A stretch of DNA of 64,000 nt from positions 629,619-693,618 of the forward strand of contig NW_003314288.1 of the NCBI RefSeq assembly GCF_000143415.4, written 5' to 3'. This document shows positions 1 through 11,866 of the stretch, piece by piece. Made by a program: the position numbers and the translations under genes. The DNA is from Selaginella moellendorffii (taxonomy: Eukaryota; Plantae; Lycopodiophyta). Under the pieces are notes generated by a model. That model was not told the DNA's origin. It worked only from the letters and a program-made list of their open reading frames with translations, and searched no databases. Every line of letters starts with the position of its first letter. Position 1 is the first letter of the stretch.

Positions 1-1001
1 CAATGGATTGTGAGAAGCATGAAGGTCTCTACCATAGTTAACCTCAACAGAAGTGGGATAGCATTTTCTATGAGTTTCATAGTAGGTGTTTCAAGGCAAT
101 GATGCTATCTGGGTTGTTGTGGATTGTGTGATGATGTGAGCTCACTTCTTCCTTGTGAAGACGAATGCTAAGGCTTTTGACCTTGCTCAGCTGTATTTCT
201 CTATGGGTTGCCTAAGGATGTTGTAAGTGATCGGGATCCCACGTTCACTTTGGAGTTTTGGCAGACAGTGTTCCAGAAGCTTGAGACAAAGCTGAGCATG
301 AGCATCCACAGTCAGATGGACAAACAAAACAAGTTAATTAGGAGCTGGAAGACATGCTAAGATCGTTTGTTGGTCATCTGAAGAGGCAAGGTATTTGGGA
401 GAAGTACCTGCCTTTGTTAGAGTTTGCCTATAACTGTGCCTTCCATTTGGCTATTGAGATGGCTCCGTTTATGGCAATGTATGGCTTTCAACCTCGGTCC
501 CCTGTTGGTAAAAACTTGGCTTCTCTTAAGGTGCACCAGGCAAAGGAGTTGGCTGATGAGCATCGTCAGCACAAGCAGTTTCAGGTTGGAGACAAGGTTT
601 TCCTTCGGTTGTCTGAAGCTCAATGAGCTCTTCAAGGTGGAGGTAGTTCTAAGTTGTCGCCACAGTACTGTGGGCTTTGGATTATTCTCAAACGAGTTGG
701 AGACCTTGCCTATTGTGAAGATTCATCCCGTCTTCTATGTAGGAAGTTGAAGGCGTGTTTGCATTCTGGTAATATCTTGGACCAGTCTGCAATCAAGATT
801 CCAGAGATAGATGTTTGAAGGTTGGCCCTACTTGTGTGTTATAGCAACAGCTAGCGTGCACACATCGTAAGACTTGGAGAGAGTTACTTGTTCAGTGGAA
901 TGGTTATTCTCCATATGATGCTACATGGGAAGCTGAGAATGATGTTGTTTCCTAATCTTGAGTATGACTTGGATGACATTCCAGAGGAAGAGGAGAAGTA
1001 G
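1..1001 (+). mobile_element. Degraded Ty3/gypsy integrase + chromodomain remnant (3' end of pol)
   Basis: Integrase-type peptides (WEKYLPLLEFAYN, FQVGDKVFL, KIHPVFYV) and chromodomain-like YLVQWNGYSPYDATWEAE at ~885-940; many frameshifts. Confidence 0.85.
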
Positions 1002-1111
1002 TCGCTTGCTCCTATCCTTTCTTTCTTTTCTGACCCCGTTGATGGCTGGAGGTGTTGTGTCACGTGAGACAGTGGTTTTGTTAGCGGGATGCTTTGCTAG
1101 CTTCTCTCTCC

Positions 1112-2698
1112 TTAGCTACTGTTCATCATAGTTGGAGCAGAGGGAAAAATGTCACCATATTTCGTGATGAACCAGCTGATTCTGGACCTAGGTCTCTGAT
1201 CAAAGAGCCAAATACCAACTGTAAATTTGCATGTGAAGAGGTGTTCAAGCATCTCCACGGGGTTTTCATTGCATAGAATACAAAGAGTTTTGTGAACTGT
1301 GAGCCAATCACCAACAGGGATGCTGTCCTGCACAAGAAGCCAGCTTACCTTAGCTTCCACCAGTGTCTTCCACATGTTCACAATGTACTTCCGATTCTTC
1401 AACTTCCGCATAAGCTTGGTGTCAATTTTATCCATCAAAAGCTCTCTGCCATGCTTAGACCTGTACATAAAAAAAGACACACTGAACTCATTACCTTCCC
1501 AGGATAACTGAGCCGGATCCTATATAAGATCAGATATAGGTACTCCCCAAACTAGTGTATTGCAGAGCATTCTCCCAGTTGAACCTTAGGATCCAGTTCA
1601 GTGTATTTCCCTCTCTGATGTATCGTCCTGATCCTTTTACCGAAGGCCATCCTGGGAACCGGGACCTCCTCGGGAACTCTCCATGGAAACAGTGCACCAC
1701 TGTTATGGGGATAAAAAACAATACCTTGAGGTGATGGGGTTGTTTCCATAACAAAGATGATTTGAGTCTCAGCACCATCAAGCATTATCCAATCACGAAC
1801 CTCGATAACTTCAGTTTGTAAAGCAAGATGAAGGTGATCACAAGCAATGCTGCCTTAAGCTTTGATGTGGAGTTTTCATCCTGGGTTGTAATGGGTTGTC
1901 ATGAGGCCATCCGATGAGCAGGGTTTTCTCCAAGCGGACGTTAAACAAATACCTGACTTGACCTTTTTCATTGTATCATAGCTTGTCCACTGCTGAGGAA
2001 GAAAAACAAGATCCCAACAAGAACTTTGCTGTAAGTGATGGCTTGCTAGCTCTTTGTAGATCCAATAAGTCTTTGATCGAAGCTCCCACATTTCTATGCC
2101 ACCTAGGCCAAAAACCTCTACCCAAGCCTGGAGCTGAACAGTCACCTATATACTGCTGATTACTGTTCTTATGCGCTACGTTGAAGAACAAGCAATCAGC
2201 TAATGCCTCTGTCAGATGGTCTGGTTCTTTCTGACTTAACCTGGGTAGGAGTGTGACTTCCATATCTTCAACATCTCTTTTGCTATTCCATCCTGGACTT
2301 TCTTTGTGTTGAGAGGAGCAATGCCAATCGATTCCTTGTTTATAGTTACCACCTTGTCTAGGCAAGATCTTCTGCAGTTGAGCTCTGAAGAGGAGGTGCC
2401 AGCTTTGGTTTCGTGGATATAAACCTGACACAAGCACTTTGAAGAGAAGAGCTTTGGATTGAATTCCTGGGTGTGGCACATTCCGAATAACTGAATTCCA
2501 CTCTACTTTTGCCCAGACTTTGCACCCGCTGGAGTTTCTAAAGTTTCTACATATGTCGTTGGTGATCAAGTGTTGGTGAGTTATTGGGTGTTGCGGATCC
2601 AAGGTTTTTGCTGTGTAGGTCCTTATCACATCGTCCAACAAGTTGGTCCACAAATCTATGTGGTGACACTCAATGCACAATGTCAAGAGAAGATCCAT
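1112..2698 (-). mobile_element. Degraded non-LTR (LINE) retrotransposon ORF2 fragment
   Basis: zf-RVT-like CILCNENPVEMLEHLFTCKFTVGIW preceded by KVSWLLVQDSIP; upstream fragments (YLGVP, GGLG-like) typical of plant L1 ORF2; broken frames. Confidence 0.6.
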
Positions 2699-4996
2699 GT
2701 GAAGCAGTTAGCTCGATATTGTGTGTGAACGGATTGATGTAAGGATTCTACCATATATTCTATGGTAGATATAGATAAACTCAACAAGATTGGAATAGGG
2801 AGTAAGTTTTATGGCCCAGGTAAGTTAGAGGAAGGGAAAAAAAAGAATTAATTAGAGTGAAAATGCGAGTTATTGTGAAATTAGAGTATAAATGTGAGTT
2901 AAGAGTTAACACGAGCTAAGAGTAAAAACGTGATGTAGCAGCTTAAAAGAGGGAAGTAGGAATGCTCGGATGGAGTTCCACCAGGTAGAAAAGACAAGTC
3001 ATACCTCAAGCCTCGGATTGCTCCCACCCGGTTGCGTACTTTAACCAAGCCCCGAACCACCCAGCAGTCTTGGCGCACAGGGATGACATCAACCCTAACC
3101 TCTTGCTCCACTGCTCCTACTTCTGAGCTGCTAGCAGCTTCTCCCCTCCTTAAAAAAAAAAGGTCTGTTGTTCTCTTGGAGTTCAAGAGGCATCCTCTTC
3201 ACCGTCTCCTCTGTTTTTGCTAGCTAGTTACTCTTACAAGAAGGAGCACAAGCCAAGTTCAGCTCCATGCTCAGCCTATCATCTCCTCTTTAAGACACCT
3301 CACCTCTTTGAAGCCATTCAGGAGAGCTAGCACGCTTCACGTCTAGACGTCCCCCCCTTTTTTCTTTTTGCGATTGTCTCTTCAAACTCATCATACCAAA
3401 CCTTACCAAGCCGAGTGCAGGTTTTGAAACCCCATGAGTCACCTTGGCCTTTTTCCATCTTCCAGTTGAGCTCTCCAACAATCTTGACGTGCGGATGCGT
3501 GCAAACTGCTCCTTGAGCCAGGACCATTTCTCCAGGAGATAACTTATGCTACAACACTCTCCGCTCGACGATCTCAATGTGGAAAGATCCACAAAACTGT
3601 CCCACTCATCATAGTTGTAGAAGAAATCATCCTCATACTGCATCTGCAACCTTGCTCGAGCCCAAGCCTCCACCATCGCAAACTTCTCCCTCATCTTGAT
3701 CAGCTCACACTTGAGGCGGCAAAACAAGTCCAGGTCCTAAGGAACAACAATGGAATACACCTTTCCCGGGTACCTGTCTCGAAACCTGTGAAAGTACAGT
3801 GGACGATGTGGTGTTTTAGATCGCAGCGGAATGATAACTTGATGAAAGCAACAAAACCATTGAGCTCGCTCTTTGGGGATCAATTATCATCTCCTCCTTT
3901 GAAGTAATGAGCAGCAGGCCTTGATTGCATCCAGAAGTACTAGAGATAGTCTGCAAAAGCAGGTTTGACACCAGTTATTTTGGCAACACAGAAGAAAAAG
4001 AAGAAAAATAATCTCAAGTTTCAAAATTTATAGAGATCCATACAATCCAAATCAAGATCAATCCTCCACGAACTTAATGCCGCTTTCAGCACCTCCAAGC
4101 TCTGCCGAAAAACATAGCCACGGTATGCCACAATCGTTCGCTTGAAAATCTGAAGATGTCGATCGAAGCATGCAAGCAAAAACATGAAGTAAAGAAGCGC
4201 AGGTGGACAACAAAGGAGATGAACTGAGCGAGGCCAAGAACACATATAAGGACTGAATGTAAGCACATGAGGCCTCGTGCGGTTTTTTCCTCCATGTGTG
4301 GCTTCATGTGCGAAGAGTTTGGTGTGGTAAGGTATGTTGCGGAGCAGCCAGAAGCCCAGGGTGAATATAAGTACGTGAGGCCTTGTGAGGTTTTACCACT
4401 GCCCGAAGACTCCTGTGCATGGGCCCCGGGCGAGAGTCATTTGCGAAAGTGTTCTGCATGAAACTGGTACCCTGAAGCTTCTGGCCCCATGAAGAGCATT
4501 TTTTATTTAATTTGTGTAGAGTGTGGTTTATTTTTGCATATTGAGTGCATTGATATCTTTTAGTTATTGAAGAACTGAAGACTACCTACAGTTAAGTGCA
4601 TGCAGCAACAGATCATATAAAAAATGAAACAAATCGGGATTTCTAGGAAGTTCGTGCGTGTTGTTAGTAATAATAATAATAATCATAAAAACCTGATGTT
4701 CAGCCAGTTAGAAGATTGTCTGAAAATTATGCATGTATTGATTCTTCAGCTCTTGAGCAACTGATTGCTGCTGGCTCACTTTCTATATATATCAAAGAGA
4801 TTTCTTATTAACAATAAACATCTAAGCTGCTGCAGTTAAGCTGTGACATTGTATAAAAAGGAAAAGAATTAGAAAAAGAAAAAAAGAAAACACGAGCTTT
4901 TTACTACTACGGTTAAGTAATAACAAATCGGGATTTCTAGGGTATGCGTGCGGCGCTAGGGTTTGTGTGGTGTGTGTGTCATTTCTCAACAATCTC

Positions 4997-7900
4997 ATGG
5001 AGTTCAGGGATCCCACTTTCTGGTGGGACAACAGGTTCAAGAAGAAAAACAAGTTCTTCTCAGAGTCCTACCCGGATTTCAAACATGTTTCTACCGGAGA
5101 GAGCCTGTGGATCGCCAACAGGAAAACACCAACCTGGGTCTCTGCAAAACTCGAGTCGCTCGCTGACCCAGCTGTAGGTAAGGCCACCACGGCCCGCTAC
5201 AAATCTCCACATACCCCACCTGTAGCTGGTGATGAACCGGTGAGTTTAGGGAGGCTGATACACCGCGTGAGAGACTCAGCTGAGAGCAGATCCCTTTCTT
5301 TGGGAAAACAAGCCCATGAAGCTGTGCTCAAGAGTGATGAGCACAAAAGCAACATCTACTTGTTGACGGGATTGATCGATATGTACTGCAAGTGTGGCGA
5401 GCTTGAGGAGGCTCGCAAGATTTTCGACTCCATGGGAACCCGGAGTGTTGTGTCCTACAACGCGATCATCCACGGCTGCGGCTCGAACGGGCAAGCTGAA
5501 GTTGCTCTGGAGTACTACTCTGCCCTGAGAGCTTGTACCACCATTCAACCCAACGATCGGACACATGTCGCGGTGATCAGCGCCTGCTCCAGACTTGCTA
5601 CCGAATCCAGCGAGAAGAGGGAGAGAGCTCTACGCATCGGGATGGAGATCCATTCAATGCTGAGCAAGGAGAAGAAACAGCTAGATCTGTTCGTGGCGAC
5701 TTGCCTGGTAGACATGTACTGCAAGTGTGGCGAGCTTGAGGAGGCTCGCAAGATTTTCCACTCCATGGGAACTCGGAGTGTTGTGTCCTACAACGCGATC
5801 ATCCAGGGCTGCGGCTCGAACGGACAAGCTGAACTTGCTCTGGAGTACTACTCTGCCCTGAGAGCTGATAACACCATTCAACCCGACGATCGGACACATG
5901 TCGCAGTGATCAGCGCCTGCTCCACACTTGCTACCGAATCCAGCGAGAAGAGGGAGAGAGCTCTACGCATCGGGATGGAAGTCCATTCAGTACTGAGCAA
6001 GGAGAAGAAACATCTAGGTTTGTACATGGCGACTTGCCTGGTAGACATGTACTGCAAGTGTGGCGAGCTTGAGGAGGCTCGCAAGATTTTCCACTCCATG
6101 GGAACTCGGAGTGTTGTGTCCTACACCGCGATCATCCAGGGCTGCAACACGAACGGGCAAGCTGAACTTGCTCTGGAGTACTACTCTGCCCTGAGAGTTG
6201 ATAACACCATTCAACCCGACGATCGGACACATGTCGCGGTGATCAGCGCCTGTTCCACACTTGCTACGGAATCCAGCGAGAAGAGGGAGAGAGCTCTACG
6301 CATCGGGATGGAAGTCCATTCAGTACTGAGCAAGGAGAAGAAACATCTAGGTCTGTACATGGCGACTTGCCTGGTAGACATGTACTGCAAGTGTGGCGAG
6401 CTTGAGGAGGCTTGCAAGATTTTCCACTCCATGGGAACTCGGAGTGTTGTGTCCTACACCGCGATCATCCAGGGCTGCAACACGAACGGGCGAGCTGAAC
6501 TTGCTCTGGAGTACTACTCTGCCCTGAGAGCTGATAACACCATTCAACCCGACGATTGGACTCATGTCGTGGTGATCAGCGCCTGCTCCACACTTGCTAC
6601 CGAATCCAGCGAGAAGAGGGAGAGAGCTCTATGCATCGGGATGGAGATCCATTCAATGCTGAGCAAGGAGAAGAAACAGCTAGATCTGTTCGTGGCGAAT
6701 TGCCTGGTAGACATGTACTGCAAGTGTGGCGAGCTTGAGGAGGCTCGCAAGATTTTCCACTCCATGGGAACTCGGACTGTTGTGTCCTACACCGCGATCA
6801 TCCAGGGCTGCAACACGAACGGGCGACCTGAACTTGCTCTGGAGTACTACTCTGCCCTGAGAGCTGATAACACCATTCAACCCGACGATCAGACTTATGT
6901 CGTAGTGATCAGCGCCTGCTCCACACTTGCTACTGAATCCAGCGAGAAGAGGGAGAGAGCTCTACGCATCGGGATGGAGATCCATTCAATGCTGAGCAAG
7001 GAGAAGAAACAGCTAGATCTGTTCGTGGCGAATTGCCTGGTAGACATGTACTGCAAGTGTGGCGAGCTTGAGGAGGCTCGCAAGATTTTCCACTCTATGG
7101 GAACTCGGAGTGTTGTGTCCTACACCGCGATCATCCAGGGCTGCAACACGAACGGGCAAGCTGAACTTGCTCTGGAGTACTACTCTGCCCTGAGAGCTGA
7201 TAACACCATTCAAGCTAATGCTTGCACCTACACCTGCGTCCTTGTTGCTTGCGGGAGTGTGATGGCGATCAAGCTCGGGAGGGAGATTCACCAGCTGGCG
7301 AAGCATGAAGGGCTGCTGAAAAACAATCCAGTTCTGGGCTCCAGCCTGGTGAGCTTCTACGGCAAATGCGGCGATGTTGATTCTGCTCAGGAAGCGTTTG
7401 ACGAGTGCCGAGCTCGGGACAACACGGGTCTCTGGAACTCTCTCATACAGGCTTACACTCTCCAGGGCCGATCGATCGAGGCCTTGGAGCGTTTCTATTC
7501 CATGATTCAGGAGGAGGGCTGTAAAGCTGACAATGTGAGTTTTGTGTCGGTGTTGAACGCTTGCAGCCATGGTGGTCTGGTCGGGAAAGGAAGGCAGCTT
7601 CTGGATGAAATGCCCAAGCAGTATGGAGTCAAGCCACGTCTGGAGCATTATGTGTGCCTGATCGATATGCTTGGGCGAGCTAACCTCCTCGACGAAGCTG
7701 TGAGAGTTCTCAGAGCCATGCCTTTTGAACCGGATGCAGTGGTTTGGACGTCCCTGCTCGGAGCCTGCCGGAAGTGGAAGAATTACACGATCGGCAAACT
7801 TGCGTTTGAGCGTCTTGTGGAGATGGATCCCAAGAGTGGCACGCCCTACGCATTGATGGCCAATATATTTGGAAACCTGGGGATGCTCAGTGAAAGGGCT

Positions 7901-8356
7901 GCTGTTGTGGAGAGAATGAGAGGTGAAGGCGGCTTCAGGGAGCCCGGGAGAAGCTGGTGGACGGATGTTAGCTCAGGAAAAGTGCATTCTTTTTCTGTTG
8001 GGGATAGGAGTCACTCACAGAGCGACGAGATTGCGGCCAAGCTCAAGCAATTGTTGCTTAAAATGAAAGAGGAGGGGTATGCGAGCGATGTGATCAACGT
8101 TCTAAAAGACATACCCGAGGAAGAGAAAGAGGATCACCTGTGCGGCCACAGTGAGAAGCTTGCGCTGGGGTGTGCTCTGGTGAACTCGCACCAGAAGGAG
8201 ACCATCAGAATTGTGAAAAATCTCCGAGTTTGTGACGATTGCCATGCGGCCACTGCTCTCATCTCTAAGCTGGAAAAAAGGCTAATCATCTGCAAAGATG
8301 CCAGTCGGGTTCATGTGTTCCAGGATGGCAGATGTTCCTGTGACAACTACTTTTGA
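4997..8356 (+). CDS. PLS-class PPR protein with E/DYW cytidine-deaminase domain (organellar RNA editing factor) and N-terminal OSB-type PDF motif
   Basis: Uninterrupted ORF (first ATG 4997; an upstream exon is possible). P-L-S triplets, E motifs, PG box EPGRSWW, HSEKLA, CDDCH, C-terminus CSCDNYF. N-terminus FWWDNR..YPDFKHVSTGESLWI. Confidence 0.93.
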   Translation: MEFRDPTFWWDNRFKKKNKFFSESYPDFKHVSTGESLWIANRKTPTWVSAKLESLADPAVGKATTARYKSPHTPPVAGDEPVSLGRLIHRVRDSAESRSLSLGKQAHEAVLKSDEHKSNIYLLTGLIDMYCKCGELEEARKIFDSMGTRSVVSYNAIIHGCGSNGQAEVALEYYSALRACTTIQPNDRTHVAVISACSRLATESSEKRERALRIGMEIHSMLSKEKKQLDLFVATCLVDMYCKCGELEEARKIFHSMGTRSVVSYNAIIQGCGSNGQAELALEYYSALRADNTIQPDDRTHVAVISACSTLATESSEKRERALRIGMEVHSVLSKEKKHLGLYMATCLVDMYCKCGELEEARKIFHSMGTRSVVSYTAIIQGCNTNGQAELALEYYSALRVDNTIQPDDRTHVAVISACSTLATESSEKRERALRIGMEVHSVLSKEKKHLGLYMATCLVDMYCKCGELEEACKIFHSMGTRSVVSYTAIIQGCNTNGRAELALEYYSALRADNTIQPDDWTHVVVISACSTLATESSEKRERALCIGMEIHSMLSKEKKQLDLFVANCLVDMYCKCGELEEARKIFHSMGTRTVVSYTAIIQGCNTNGRPELALEYYSALRADNTIQPDDQTYVVVISACSTLATESSEKRERALRIGMEIHSMLSKEKKQLDLFVANCLVDMYCKCGELEEARKIFHSMGTRSVVSYTAIIQGCNTNGQAELALEYYSALRADNTIQANACTYTCVLVACGSVMAIKLGREIHQLAKHEGLLKNNPVLGSSLVSFYGKCGDVDSAQEAFDECRARDNTGLWNSLIQAYTLQGRSIEALERFYSMIQEEGCKADNVSFVSVLNACSHGGLVGKGRQLLDEMPKQYGVKPRLEHYVCLIDMLGRANLLDEAVRVLRAMPFEPDAVVWTSLLGACRKWKNYTIGKLAFERLVEMDPKSGTPYALMANIFGNLGMLSERAAVVERMRGEGGFREPGRSWWTDVSSGKVHSFSVGDRSHSQSDEIAAKLKQLLLKMKEEGYASDVINVLKDIPEEEKEDHLCGHSEKLALGCALVNSHQKETIRIVKNLRVCDDCHAATALISKLEKRLIICKDASRVHVFQDGRCSCDNYF
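5381..7213 (+). repeat. 333-bp (111-aa, one S-P-L triplet) tandem array, about 5.5 units
   Basis: ATGTACTGCAAGTGTGGC recurs at 5381, 5714, 6047, 6380, 6713 and 7046; units are near-identical at DNA level. Confidence 0.97.
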
Positions 8357-9480
8357 AAACATGTCATTGCTCTTTCTTGCAGTTATCCCTGGTTTTAAAC
8401 CCTCTGTGAGTCAAGCAGAAACATGGGCCGCTGAGTGATCATACCGCCGTCAGCCTGAACTTCACGGAGAAAAAATTAACATTTAAAAGTTAAAACTATG
8501 CAAAAGGAGGATGACACGTTGTCTTAAATTTAAATTTCTTTTTGGTAGCAGAATCGTGACTAAACCTGCCAACAGGTGCCCCAAAACGGAGCGCCCAGAT
8601 TCAGATAATAAGCCTTAGTATGAAGACTTGCCGGTACCCAAACTCTTTGCTGATAGCAAGTACCGCCTCATGTTCCGGGAGCAAGGTGATGGTGGCTTGC
8701 GGCATGACCAACTTTGGGTTTGTGCTCCTAGAGCACGTTGAAGACGTGTGGAAGCTGGTGACGATGGCATTTGTTTCTTGCGACATACTCACCAGTTCCT
8801 CGGCGACATCTTCCTTCCAGATTTTTTGAGCTTGTCGTGAGTGGTGACTTGCTTGCTCTCCCCTGTGACGACTTCTTCCAGCCTCTGGTGCCCAACCTCA
8901 AGGCTCTCTTGTGGATGGAGCTAGCCCTACACAGTGTGTGTGTGTGTATCAACCAGCAGATGCACAAATCGTTGAGAATTAGCTAGGCTTAGTACGTAGT
9001 GTACTAGTGTATATGTAAATGTGTTTCAGCTAAATATAATGGGCCAAATACACCGAAGAAAGAAGAGTAGAAACAAATTAAGAAATGTAAATTAAGAAGT
9101 GCAAAAGAAATGAAAATAAAAATTGTCCATCCTCATCAGTTTGCTGAAATTAAGTTGGGTTCAATTCTCTCCAAATATTGTGTGATTGAGTTGTAAGTTA
9201 ATTAATAGTAGAAAATAAGAAAAAAAAACAAAAATTGAAAAAATAGTGTTTGATAATATCTTCTTTTTTATTTTCGAGAGAAAATTAGTGGGGGAGTGTA
9301 TATCTTTGCTGTTTATTGGTGGTTAATTAAATGAGCATGTTTAGAGATGTTTATAAGAGTTTAGCTCTAGAGTTACCCGAAAATTAAAGTTCAAAATTTA
9401 CGTTTTCCCTATTTGCACAATAACTTAAGCTAAAGTAATGTCCTTACCCGTATTTTTTATGGGAAAATTATTATTCGCAT

Positions 9481-9655
9481 TGTGAGTGCTTGGAATATGG
9501 AAAGGGAATACAGAAATGTGCATATTAATTAGCCCAAAAACCCTAGTTTATATACAGGAGCGAGTGGTCCAGATTAAAACCAATCCGACGGCTACCAAAA
9601 TCTTACTACGCTAATATTAGTATACGGCATCGTAACCGTACACTTGGCCCTGACA
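9481..9655 (-). repeat. 3' LTR of gypsy #1
   Basis: Direct repeat of 26597-26771. Confidence 0.95.
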
Positions 9656-9687
9656 TCATCCCCTCCTCTCGGGATAATGGAAGACCA

Positions 9688-11173
9688 TCAGGGTTCTCTT
9701 AAAGATGGGTTGGGATCCGGAGGAATGTCAGGAGGAGGCATCGGTGGATCTATAGGTGGTATTAACTCCTCTTGATCCCTTTGTATGAAGCGTTTTAGCT
9801 GCTGCACATGCACAATCTCTGGAGGATTGGCCTGCTGAACGTCATGCCGAACCTCATAAACTTGTGGTCCAATTTGTCGCAACACTCGATACGGTCCTTT
9901 CCATTGTGCAAGAAGCCCCTTAGATAAACCACGTATCGTAAGATGGGGAAAACAGACTAACACCAAATCATCCACTTTGTACTCCACAGGTAGACGATGA
10001 TGGGAGTTGTAGTGCCGTTGTTGTCCCACTTGTACGCGGCCTAAGTGTTCGGCAAACTCTGCTCGGAAAAGTGGAAGAATGCTCGTCAAATACTGATCCC
10101 ATGATCTAGCATCGGCAGCACGTGGCAATCGCGAAGGTAAACCCAGTTCCGTTGGTAATATTGGATCATGACCATATAAGAGTTTATATGGTGAAGCACC
10201 AACAGAACTCTGCACCCCTGTAACATATGCATACCGAAGAGACGGCAAATAACCATCCCAATCCAAATGCTGAAAGTTCACATACTTCGCAATCATCCCT
10301 TTGAATGTCCGAACAAGCCGTTCCACCAGATCGTCTGATTGTGGATGATAAGCACTCGTGAAAGTGTGGCATATCCCCAACCGAGATGTCAAAACATGAA
10401 ATGCCTCAGCCATAAATGCGGGACCATTATCCGAAAGAATCTGCTCTGGACAAGAATGCTGGAACACCACTTGATTGAGGAGGAAGTATCCAACAGCAGT
10501 TGCAGAGGCGCTAGCAAGAGCACGAACTTCCACCCAACAAGTCAAGTAGTCAGAAGCAATAATAACATACTCATTGCCAGCAGTCGATCGTGGAAAAAGT
10601 CCCATAAGATCAAATGCCACTAACTCAAACGGATGGGAAACCGCATTTAACTCCAACCGTCCTTCCGCAGCACGAGGGGGAGTATTACGAGCTTGGCACC
10701 AAACGCAGCTACGCACATACCGGATAATATCACGTCGCATCTCTGGCCAATAGAAAGACCTGTGCAGCTTCTCGATGACACGACGGTGTCCCATATGCCC
10801 ACCTAGAACAGGAGAATCATGGTAGGCATGGAGAAACCGTGGAATAAACACCGAAGGCACCACTAGCCATAAATGATCATCAGGATCTGTCCCCACAAAA
10901 TAAAGAAGGCCATCGTCAAGGCGATATTGAGAATGTAAATGCCGGAAAGGCAAGTCATCAGCAAGTGATGCAGGATTCTCAAACCCATCTCGAAGCCTCC
11001 GAATCCACAGCTCAATCTTTTGAGCCTTGCAGACCTCATCAAGAGAAGGTAGATCTTGCTCTGCACCTTGTGGACACTGAACGTCAAGGATAGCAACCGC
11101 CGACAGCATAGAATCCTCATCTAGAAAATCCACAGATGCTGGAACAACAGGTTTGTCAGAAACATGAGAAGTG
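9688..11173 (-). pseudogene. Gypsy #1 integrase part of pol
   Basis: HHCC (H..GGHMG..CVWC), DDE core (FDLMG, LSDNGP, VERLVR), C-terminal WKGPY. Confidence 0.92.
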
Positions 11174-11866
11174 AGTGAAGCTCTATTTCGTTAAAGTGGG
11201 ATTTATTCAGTAAAATGGGACTAGGTACAAATTTTCAAGTATTTGAAAATGACGTGAAATTATATGTTTTTTGTCTAGGGGCTAGACATATCTGGGGCAT
11301 GGTGACTAGCGCGGTGACTTTGTGTCCAGACTGAGTCCATCTGGTTGTATAATAAATCTCATTGTCAAGGTGAACAAGCCGAATCTGAAGCTAAAGAAGA
11401 GCGATGGCATGCGCGCATACACTATTTGTTTGTTCATTGAGCGTGTGGTGAGCTTTCTAAGATGAACGTCATTCCTATTAGCTAGACATATAACTTAATG
11501 GTGAGAACATTTAGATATTATTCAATGTTATCTTTTTCTAACGAATCTAATTGTGAAGGTGTAGCAAGAGGCATTGCTAGTCTGGAGAAGTCATTTAACT
11601 CATTTGACCCTTAGTGTATTTTCATGAAACTAAATAACATTCATATTATTAAGGAATTTCTCTAGTACCTTTTTTTTACCACATAGAGGCTTGCATTTCT
11701 TTCAAAGGTGATTTAGTAAAAGGCCTGAGGGCACATGCCATTCTATTTCTCAGACCGGTATTAAGATATACTAGTGCAAAGGGCCACATGCCATCACGCC
11801 TCCTCTGATTCAGATTCGGATTGTTCACCTTGAAATAAAATACATTAGAAACTTAGTAAAGGAATA

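Noticed and set aside
3290-4461. Short ORFs that might form a minus-strand gene
   Set aside because: No recognisable domain or consistent exon model
4628-4941. 20-bp direct repeat AACAAATCGGGATTTCTAGG upstream of the PPR gene
   Set aside because: Only two copies and no TSD or TIR context; function cannot be supported
9474-9480. Same TTCGCAT left flank for gypsy #1 and chromovirus #3 (29791-29797)
   Set aside because: Unrelated elements with different TSD lengths; two cases cannot exclude chance
9000-9480. Left terminus of the Harbinger element
   Set aside because: No convincing inverted match to the candidate right end near 38930-38950
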